Positions 56,568 to 64,000 of a stretch of 64,000 nt of DNA are shown here, in pieces. Made by a program: the position numbers and the translations under genes. The notes under the pieces were generated by a model. It did no database searches, was not told where the DNA came from, and worked only from the letters and a program-made list of their open reading frames with translations. This DNA comes from an uncultured bacterium (GTDB lineage Bacteria > Latescibacterota > MWCZ01 > CAZVGZ01), in assembly GCA_964627605.1 (NCBI GenBank), contig CAZVGZ010000001.1, positions 47,325 through 111,324 on the forward strand. The letters are read 5' to 3'. The number at the start of each line of letters is the position of its first letter. Positions within the stretch are counted from its first letter, which is position 1.

Positions 56568-57307
56568 TACGATGCCTCCTGCGAAATGCCCCTGAATTCA
56601 ACCGCTGCCCTTGCGAGTCCATCGAACAGCCTTTGCTGGGCCGGGTCGTCAGCCGCCGTCAACTCTGGATGCCACTGAACCGCCAGAAACCAGCTTTGAC
56701 CAGGCATCTCAAACCCCTCAATCATCCCATCCGCCGCACGGGCCACCACCTCAAGCCCTGGTGCAGTGTTCTTCAAAGCCTGATGGTGCCACGATTGAGA
56801 TGTCGTTTCCGTGCATCCCATGACTCGCGCCAGCATCGAACCAGGCTCAATCGACATCGGATGAGGAGTCGGCTCTCTCGGCGGCAATCGATGCGCAACC
56901 TGCGTGCCAAATTTTTCGGGCAGATGCTCGAAAAGGTCTCCCCCCAGCGCGACATTCACTACCTGCGCCCCTCGGCAGATCGCCAAAATCGGCATGTCTA
57001 TTTCGAGCGCTTTCAAAGCTAGCTTGAATTCCAGATCATCCCGTTCAGTGTCCACCATGTAGGTTCTTTCATGCCCAACACCACCGAACCGTTGTGGCTC
57101 AATATCCCCGCCACCTACCAGCACCAATCCGTCGATGGGCCCCAGCATCTCGTCGGAATACTCTCCGCACGACGGCAGAACCACCGGCAGCGCGCCTGAT
57201 CTTCGCACCGAATCGACATACTCCGATGGAAGCGTCAAGACATTTTTTCTATCACGACCGTACGTGGTTATTCCGATCACTGGCGATCTTTTTCCCATTC
57301 TATTCAT
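56567..57307 (-). CDS. Class I glutamine amidotransferase-like / peptidase C26 (gamma-glutamyl-GABA hydrolase PuuD-like)
   Basis: 246 aa. The IGIT N-terminus, the catalytic Cys motif AICRGAQ, and the WHPE His region. Confidence 0.75.
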   Translation of the reverse strand: MNRMGKRSPVIGITTYGRDRKNVLTLPSEYVDSVRRSGALPVVLPSCGEYSDEMLGPIDGLVLVGGGDIEPQRFGGVGHERTYMVDTERDDLEFKLALKALEIDMPILAICRGAQVVNVALGGDLFEHLPEKFGTQVAHRLPPREPTPHPMSIEPGSMLARVMGCTETTSQSWHHQALKNTAPGLEVVARAADGMIEGFEMPGQSWFLAVQWHPELTAADDPAQQRLFDGLARAAVEFRGISQEAS

Positions 57308-57598
57308 TGACTCCTTACCGGCCCTTCAGGCTCTTCGAGGCCCTTCGGGTTCCTGCCGTCCCTGCTTGTACCACGGATTTCAGAGGGCACATCCGCAGCA
57401 TATCCCTAGAGTACGCGGGTCCGGCGAGGCGCACGGGCTACCAATCAGCGCAATGTGCTATTGCAGTTCTCCGCTAACGACGTGCCTGGATGGAACAACT
57501 TACGCACAGATGAGCGTTGAAAGCCACTGTGGCTTGACCGCAGAGAGCACTGCGGCATACTCTCATCTGCCGCTCAACCAACCAAACGACTTACACGC

Positions 57599-57616
57599 AA
57601 AAAAATCGGGGGGGGG
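57599..57616 (+). repeat. Homopolymeric A7-tc-G9 tract ending 4 nt upstream of the 57620 start codon
   Basis: Sequence gcAAAAAAAtcGGGGGGGGGaacATG. The G9 run lies at 57608-57616 and occupies the Shine-Dalgarno position of the PTPS-like gene. Confidence 0.6.
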
Positions 57617-57619
57617 AAC

Positions 57620-58057
57620 ATGGAGACACTAAGAGCTCAGGCCTACTTTCACGCGGCGCATCGGCAGATCGGATACCCAGGCAAATGCCGACACGTCCAC
57701 GGCCACACCTGGCGCGGCGTGATTGTCGTCAGCGCAGAGAGGCTCCCACGCAACGATCTGGACATGGCGGTAGATTTCGGCGACCTCAAAGACATCCTGC
57801 GGTCGCTCGACCATAAGATGATGGTCTCTCAGACCGATTCAGTGTTTCTGGATGAATCGCTGTTCGACCAGGATGGCGTGGTACTGATTCCAGGCAACGG
57901 CCCGTCGGTGGAAAATATCTCCAACTACGTCTATGACAGAGTCGCCGACGTGATCAGACGGCAATACCCCGATCTTGGCATATCCTACCACATCTTTGTG
58001 GAGATTCAGGAGACGGACAACAACTTCATGGTAGTTGAAGGCGACGCGGTTATCTAG
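57620..58057 (+). CDS. 6-pyruvoyl-tetrahydropterin synthase / QueD-family protein, second paralog
   Basis: 145 aa with the CxxxHGH motif (CRHVHGHTW). Its stop lies 8 nt before the MBL-hydrolase start. Confidence 0.75.
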   Translation: METLRAQAYFHAAHRQIGYPGKCRHVHGHTWRGVIVVSAERLPRNDLDMAVDFGDLKDILRSLDHKMMVSQTDSVFLDESLFDQDGVVLIPGNGPSVENISNYVYDRVADVIRRQYPDLGISYHIFVEIQETDNNFMVVEGDAVI

Positions 58058-58064
58058 GTCAAAA

Positions 58065-59156
58065 ATGCGCAAACGCACCTTGTTTTGGCCCATCCCAGCG
58101 CTTTCGGTCGTCTGGTTGATCACAGCAATGGCAGGCGACGAAACCCCAAAAACAGCCGTGAGGCGACCGGCCCACCATACGGATGGTGGGTTCAGAATCC
58201 CCTGGGACGCATCCACTGACAAAAGCTTCTCCCAACTGATGCGCTGGCGATGGGACGTATGGACAAAAGGCAGACCCGACACCCCACCCGCAGCAAGCTT
58301 CCCCCTCGCCAAGATCAACCACGCCCTCATCGACACAAACCCTACGCAGTTTACAGCGACGTGGATCGGTCACGCCACGCTTTTGGTGCAGATGGACGGC
58401 CTAAACATCCTTACCGATCCGATCTTTTCGGACAGAGCGTCGCCTATATCGTGGTTTGGGCCCAAACGGGTATCCGATCTGCCGGTCGATTTAGACAGCC
58501 TTCCACCGATTGATGTGGTGATAATCTCTCACGACCACTACGATCATCTTGACGCGCCGACTATCGACCGTCTAGGTGACAGACCCCACTATCTGGTTCC
58601 GCTGGGCTTCAAAGAGTGGCTAGCTGATCGCGGGATCATCAGGAAAGTGACCGAACTCGACTGGTGGGAAGGCGTGGAGATTAGAGGCGTGCGGTTCGTC
58701 GCGACGCCGTCGCAGCACTGGTGCGCGCGTTCCCACATTGACCGCAACGAGCGGCTGTGAGCGTCGTGGGCGGCCATCGGCCCAACAGCAAAGCTCTTTT
58801 TCGGCGGTGATACTGGCTACTTTGGTGGGTTTGAAGAGATTGGCCGTAGGTTCGGTCCGTTTGATCTAGTGGCGCTGCCGATCGGTGACTACGAGCCGCG
58901 CTGGTTCATGAAAAACTCCCACATGAACCCCAATGAGGCGGTTAGGGCGTTCCAAACCCTGGGGGGCAGAACGCTAGTCGGTATACATTGGGGAACGTTT
59001 CGTCTCACCGATGAGGATATGCTTGAACCGCCGGTTCGCACTCGTGCCGCGTGGGATTCGGTCGGCCTGCCTCCTGAGCGGCTGTGGGTTCTGAAGCATG
59101 GTGAGTCGAGGGTAGTGCCCACGACGGGTGAAAGTCCAGACGTGACTCTGCAATGA
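58065..59156 (+). pseudogene. NAPE-PLD-like MBL-fold metallo-hydrolase with an in-frame TGA at 58758-58760 replacing a conserved Trp (called as ORFs 58035-58760 and 58869-59156 in the same frame)
   Basis: Signal-peptide-like N-terminus (MRKRTLFWPIPALSVVWLITAMAG). Has the HxHxDH motif (ISHDHYDHLD). Reading runs …[72 protein letters not shown]… Eukaryotic NAPE-PLD has …[24 protein letters not shown]… at this position, so the TGA sits exactly at the conserved W. Confidence 0.6.
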
Positions 59157-59200
59157 CGACTCGTGGTGGACTGCACTTAGCACAGGTAGTTGCTGCGTCT

Positions 59201-61429
59201 TCACCTCCCGCTGGGCTCGGGTTCCCCGACTGACCTCTGAGGTTGGAGGCCTAGCTGGGAGTACATCTCTTTCACTTCGGTCACAGGCAGTTGGCAGGCG
59301 TAGTTGCGGCAGACATAGGCGGTTGGCAATCCGCCTAACATGGGGCGGCCTGCGGTCATCGGCGAAATCGCTTCGACTTTGGGGTCGCCTGCCAGAGCAA
59401 CAACCTTGTGCGGTACGAACGGTTCGCCCAGACCCTCCACTAGCTCGGCGAACCCTTCACTATTCGGTTCGCCAGCGAGCACAATCTCAAACAGCCCCGC
59501 CAGCATGAGTTCCAGATTACTTAACATCTGCGCGTGCCCCGGTGGATAGGAGGCGATCTGATCGGCGAATGCCGCGAACACCGAATCTGCCCGCTCACGC
59601 CACATGGTGTCACCGGTGATCTCCCCCAACTTAAGCAGGACTTCGCTTGCCGCAGCGTTGCCTGAGGGCATCACTCCGTCATAGATCTCTTTGGGCCTAA
59701 TCGGTACATCGGCCTGGTCGGTAAAGAAATACCCGCCATTCTCCTGGTCCCAGAATCTTTTTCCCATCTGCGACGCCAGCTCAGTCGCCCACAGAAGCCA
59801 GTTCGCATCGAAAGTGATCTCATAGAGATCGATCGCAGCCGAGGCCATGAGGGCATAGTCGTCCAGAAATCCGGGACCAGAGAGCCCATCGTCCATCCAA
59901 CGCCTGTAGAGCGCCTTGTCCTTCCACATTCGCCCTTTGACGAATCTGCCAGCGTTGGTCGCCGCTTCCCGATACCTCTCGTCGTGGAGCACCGAATAAC
60001 CTTTGGCGAACGCCGAGATCATGAGAGCGTTCCAGGACGCGAGCCTCTTTTCATCGCGCAGGGGCGGTTCGCGCAGCCTGCGGGCCGCCAGAAGAGCAGC
60101 ACGGCCCCGATTGAGTGTTTCCCCAACGTCGTCAACCGTGCGATCCATACTCTGGGCGAACTGCTCCTCAGTCATCGCGACATACAGGACGCTGCTGCCG
60201 CCCTCAAAGCTGCCGATATCGTCAACGTGATAGTACAGGCAAAGAAGCTCACCATCATCGTCGCCGAGGATTTTCTTTATCTCTTCGGGGCGCCAAACGA
60301 AAAATGTGCCCTCCTCCCCCTCGCTGTCAGCGTCGGTCGCTGTGTAAAAGCCGCCGCCAGGGCCTGTCATTCCGGCCAGGACATATTCGAGAGTTTTTGT
60401 CGCGATCTGGGAGTAGAACTGGTCGCCGGTTACCTGGAAAGTCTCCAGATACAGCTCTGAAAGCTGAGCATTGTCATAGAGCATTTTTTCAAAGTGCGGC
60501 ACCCTCCAGTATCTATCTATGGAATACCGGTGAAACCCGCCTTCCAGATGGTCGTGGAGGCCGCCTTGCGCCATCAACGTCAGCGTCTTTTCCACCATTT
60601 CAAGCGCTTTGGGTTCCTTCGTGCGGTACCAGTGCCGAAGCAGGAACGCCATGGTCGGTGGAGACGGGAATTTGGGAGCATTGCCAAACCCTCCCCACCT
60701 CTCGTCAAATTGATTCTGAAGGGTTCGGAACGCTGTATCGACCGTCGAACTGTCGAGTACTGTTTCGCCAGATGCAACGCTGATAGCGTGTTTGGAGGTG
60801 GCGTCCATCAACTGCTTGGCGACGCTCAAAATGTTCGATCTGTCGGTCCGCCATGCCCGTTCAATCCCGGTGAGAACGTCCATCAGGCCAGGCAGCCCGC
60901 CTCGCGCAGTTGGCGGAAAATATGTACCGCCAAAAAACGGCTCCTTGTCCGGTGTGATAACAACGGTAAGCGGCCAGCCGCCACGCCCTCCCATGATCTG
61001 GACGGCTGTCATGTATACGTTGTCAATGTCGGGTCTCTCTTCCCTGTCCACTTTGACCGATATAAAATGCTCATTGAGGAACCTGGCGACCTCCTCATTC
61101 TCGAACGACTCCTCCTCCATCACATGACACCAGTGGCATGTCGAATATCCTATGGACAGAAAAATCGGGCGATCCAATGCTTTCGCTTCCGCAAAAGCTT
61201 CTTCGCCCCAGGGATACCAGTTGACCGGGTTGCCTGCGTGCTGCTGGAGATAGGGGCTGGCCTCGCCGCCTAGGTGGTTGCGAGATACCGCGCCATCTGC
61301 GGAGTTGGTCGTTCCCGCCAGAGTGGTAGCCATCAACGGCCAGTACTCTGACCCATAGACAGCGAGAAATGCCGCCAGAGCCGCAGCGATTACCAACGCA
61401 ACGATTGTCAACTGCGACGAAAAGGACAT
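59201..61429 (-). CDS. Thioredoxin-domain protein of the DUF255/YyaL family (N-terminal thioredoxin-like domain plus C-terminal six-hairpin glycosidase-like domain)
   Basis: 742 aa with an N-terminal TM/signal segment. Thioredoxin-like motif ([18 protein letters not shown]), and …GGWPLTV…FFGGTYFP… typical of the family. Confidence 0.8.
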   Translation of the reverse strand: MSFSSQLTIVALVIAAALAAFLAVYGSEYWPLMATTLAGTTNSADGAVSRNHLGGEASPYLQQHAGNPVNWYPWGEEAFAEAKALDRPIFLSIGYSTCHWCHVMEEESFENEEVARFLNEHFISVKVDREERPDIDNVYMTAVQIMGGRGGWPLTVVITPDKEPFFGGTYFPPTARGGLPGLMDVLTGIERAWRTDRSNILSVAKQLMDATSKHAISVASGETVLDSSTVDTAFRTLQNQFDERWGGFGNAPKFPSPPTMAFLLRHWYRTKEPKALEMVEKTLTLMAQGGLHDHLEGGFHRYSIDRYWRVPHFEKMLYDNAQLSELYLETFQVTGDQFYSQIATKTLEYVLAGMTGPGGGFYTATDADSEGEEGTFFVWRPEEIKKILGDDDGELLCLYYHVDDIGSFEGGSSVLYVAMTEEQFAQSMDRTVDDVGETLNRGRAALLAARRLREPPLRDEKRLASWNALMISAFAKGYSVLHDERYREAATNAGRFVKGRMWKDKALYRRWMDDGLSGPGFLDDYALMASAAIDLYEITFDANWLLWATELASQMGKRFWDQENGGYFFTDQADVPIRPKEIYDGVMPSGNAAASEVLLKLGEITGDTMWRERADSVFAAFADQIASYPPGHAQMLSNLELMLAGLFEIVLAGEPNSEGFAELVEGLGEPFVPHKVVALAGDPKVEAISPMTAGRPMLGGLPTAYVCRNYACQLPVTEVKEMYSQLGLQPQRSVGEPEPSGR

Positions 61430-61604
61430 GTTTCGGGCCTTGGAAAACCGGGAGAAAGGTAATCACGCCTACGTTTGGTACCAACGTCAAGTCGGTACAC
61501 AGGGTTCCAACTGGCTCCGAGTGAAACAGAGGATGGGCTCTAGGGTCATGCGCCAACACCAGACGCCTGATGCGTCTCGCCGGTCAACCTTTTCCAAAGA
61601 GTGC

Positions 61605-62069
61605 CTAGGGAATGATTGTTGTTGCGACACCGAAGGGCACCCGCTTTAATTCGCTGCCCTGGCACACCCAAACTACCGCGTATGTTCCGTAGCTCTCAAA
61701 TGACATCGAGTGGACGTCGATCGTCAGTGCGATGGCACTATCCATCCTACCCGCTGGTGGATCGGCGACATTTATGACCCCTGCGAACGGTGAAGCAATT
61801 TTGCCACCGTGGTCATCGATGACCTGGAGCGAGATATCTTTGGATCCGGTCTCGACACTGGAGAATCGCAGTCGCATGACAGCAAAAAAACGGGCGGTGG
61901 TGTAGGGAAGCTCAGGCGAATAGATCGTGTCAAAACCGATCCCCAACGCCTGGAGTTTTCCCGAACTGTCAGCGTGGTCACACAAAAACGCAAAGTCGAT
62001 TTCCATATTAACTCTCCAGAGGGACCTTCGCCCCGTATTCGATTCCGGCTCAATAGTGCCCGTACTCAA
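61605..62069 (-). CDS. Hypothetical small protein
   Basis: 154-aa ORF; the likely start is the internal MEIDFAFL… M. Overlaps the start region of the 62050-63162 gene by 20 nt. No recognised motif. Confidence 0.35.
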   Translation of the reverse strand: MSTGTIEPESNTGRRSLWRVNMEIDFAFLCDHADSSGKLQALGIGFDTIYSPELPYTTARFFAVMRLRFSSVETGSKDISLQVIDDHGGKIASPFAGVINVADPPAGRMDSAIALTIDVHSMSFESYGTYAVVWVCQGSELKRVPFGVATTIIP

Positions 62070-63162
62070 GTGCCGTGTCGATCATCGCCATGTAGTTGTC
62101 CACTACCAAGGGCGAGAGTTTCGGGTTGTAGGGAGAGGCCGTGGGGCAGAGGATAAACCTTCCGCCTCCACCAGCGTCATCTATCGCGGCTTTTACCATT
62201 CCCCGTATTACGTCCGGGGTCTCTGCGAAAAGATCGCCTACCTGAATATTGCCGTGGAGGCATACTTGGCCGCCAACCCTCTGTTTTGCTTCAGCCAGTG
62301 GTGTATCGCCTAGTGGTGGCGCTTCGATGGGATGCAGGCAGTCCGCACCAAGCTCAACCATGTCCTCCAAAATCTCCTGCATCGGACCGTGGCAGTGGAC
62401 ATGCACCAAGCTACCTGCGTCGTGAACCACTTTGGCGATCTTTGTCATCGGCTCAGTGACAAACTCACGGAAATCTTTTGGGCGTTGGAGTGGCGGTCCG
62501 GCGTACTCCGCGCCTAAAAACGCGAAAACGCCTTTGACGCCGCCAGATATGAGGTACTCAACAAATTCCAGAATCCGCTCCTCAAACAGCCGCACGAGGC
62601 CTATCACTGCATCTCGCCGCTCGACACTCCAGATCGCCATCGTCTCAGAGCCCAACAGCGAATGGACGTTCATCACAGGGTCGTCCAGGGAGATAAACAC
62701 CACCCCGCTCTCACCTATCTCCTCATCATACGCCGTAAAACCGCCAAGGTCCGGCTTTGGCGGGACATACGGCACCGACAGAAAGGCTTCTAAGTCGTCA
62801 GCGGTTTTGACTGGAAACTCCTGCTGAAGGCTTGGATAGTCGCTATGGCTTATCTGATCCACCAGTGTCAACTCGCCTTTGGGAGTGCTCCAGGTTGTGG
62901 TGACCAGGTCCCAATCGTCTATAGGGCTCACGCTTTGTCGGGCCTCCACTTCGTCGCTGTCGGTGAGAAACCAGCCGCTAGGCACCCCCCACCCGCAGCA
63001 GTGGTCGCCATGCTCCCTCACAGCGTCTATTAGCGGTTCCCAGCTCTCGTGACGGTCGTTAACCCACGATTCGTCATAGGGCCGCACGCCCCAAACATGG
63101 AGCGGCACTCGGTCGGTCGGTTTTCCTTGCATGGCAAGGGTGAGCCGTTGGCGCGATGTCAT
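62050..63162 (-). CDS. UroD/MtaA-CmuA family methyltransferase-like protein, paralog 4
   Basis: 370 aa starting MTSRQRLTLAMQGKPTDRVPLHVWG; same family layout as the other three paralogs. Confidence 0.7.
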   Translation of the reverse strand: MTSRQRLTLAMQGKPTDRVPLHVWGVRPYDESWVNDRHESWEPLIDAVREHGDHCCGWGVPSGWFLTDSDEVEARQSVSPIDDWDLVTTTWSTPKGELTLVDQISHSDYPSLQQEFPVKTADDLEAFLSVPYVPPKPDLGGFTAYDEEIGESGVVFISLDDPVMNVHSLLGSETMAIWSVERRDAVIGLVRLFEERILEFVEYLISGGVKGVFAFLGAEYAGPPLQRPKDFREFVTEPMTKIAKVVHDAGSLVHVHCHGPMQEILEDMVELGADCLHPIEAPPLGDTPLAEAKQRVGGQVCLHGNIQVGDLFAETPDVIRGMVKAAIDDAGGGGRFILCPTASPYNPKLSPLVVDNYMAMIDTALEYGHY

Positions 63163-63446
63163 CAGATTATCTCGGCTGACCTATTTTGACGTTAGTTTGA
63201 CCGGAACGCTCTTCTAAAAAAAGCCACGGCAATATCGTGGGGCAAGCGCTCCGTCCACCGGCGTGGATCGCAAGAACTGGAGGGGTGCTACACCCACACA
63301 AAGATCGTCAGTACGTATAGGCGGATCAATCATCAACCGGGTTTGGTGGAGTCGAAAAGAACAGGGCGAGAGGCGAATTTTGCCACCTCGCGCCCGAATG
63401 TTTTCCTGGAAATCAATAAATCTTTGCTGGTGCTTCAAGCTGGAAC

Positions 63447-63773
63447 TTAGCGATCTGACCTTCTAAGTCCTGAACCAGTTCGTTCAGCCCGTCGGCGGTC
63501 TTGACAGCTGAGTGGACAACGTCTGAGATCTGCTCCAAGCCAGCGTTGACCTCGCCTTTGTAGTACCTGTGCCCTTGAAAAGGATACGTCCTGAGTACCG
63601 GTGTGCATTGCCCGCCTGAACGGCAGTGTGGGAAGCGATTCGGGGTAGGCGTTTGTGAACCTTACCGACTCCCTGGCGAACGCGTCTAGGCGCGGTGTAA
63701 AGACAACGTCGCTGCCGTACGCCCCAAGATGATCCTGTCTAAGCGAGTCGAAAATAACGAGGACAATGTTCAT
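63447..63773 (-). pseudogene. N-terminal fragment of a sulfatase-like (alkaline-phosphatase-superfamily) hydrolase that loses frame after about 75 aa
   Basis: Product MNIVLVIFDSLRQDHLGAYGSDVVFTPRLDAFARESVRFTNAYPESLPTLPFRRAMHTGT carries Thr, not Cys, at the CxPxR position, as in T-L-P-F-R. Downstream residues in this frame are low-complexity. The +1 frame shows RTYPFQG (RYP.R.G-like), suggesting a frameshift, but that frame ends after about 45 more residues. Confidence 0.4.
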
Positions 63774-63841
63774 CGAGTACCTACAAAGAAGTTCGCCTTC
63801 GACCCCCTGCCTAATGCGCGGCTGGATCAATCCGGCGGACA

Positions 63842-64000
<159 letters not shown>

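Noticed and set aside
58758-58760. Global UGA=Trp (code 4/25-like) reassignment
   Set aside because: Other long genes in the window are followed by sensible downstream starts after their stops, and very long ORFs (941, 1007, 1500 aa) are intact under the standard code. A single TGA at a Trp position is better explained by a point mutation, a base-call error or read-through.

Overview
High-GC (~60%) bacterial chromosomal segment, densely coding with about 50 genes. It looks like a diderm heterotroph with marine or polysaccharide-degrading traits: TonB-ExbB-ExbD plus an outer-membrane beta-barrel, a Na+/solute symporter, a formylglycine-type sulfatase and a GH2 hydrolase. No rRNA, tRNA, CRISPR array or obvious transposase or phage genes were found.

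The most interesting content is a plus-strand corrinoid-dependent methyltransferase locus at about 34.1-42.5 kb. It contains formate--THF ligase, two UroD/MtaA-family methyltransferases, a tightly coupled PTPS/QueD-like protein, a B12-binding corrinoid protein carrying the DxHxxG motif, an alpha/beta hydrolase and a B12-binding radical SAM enzyme. No MtrH-like pterin methyltransferase and no RACE activator is present in the window. Two more UroD/MtaA paralogs (four in total in 64 kb) and a second PTPS-like gene lie elsewhere in the window.

A second theme is gene decay. One gene carries an in-frame TAG, another an in-frame TGA at a conserved Trp, and a third a frameshift at an A9 homopolymer. 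There are also four gene remnants (MBL hydrolase, class III cyclase, esterase, sulfatase-like).

Other notable items are a 1500-aa M28-peptidase/FtsX-permease fusion, a seven-gene minus-strand operon (TPR - outer-membrane barrel - ExbB - ExbD - TonB - cNMP-binding - AI-2E transporter), repeated CACAC-N3-GTGTG palindromes at two convergent gene ends, and an A7/G9 homopolymer at a ribosome-binding site.
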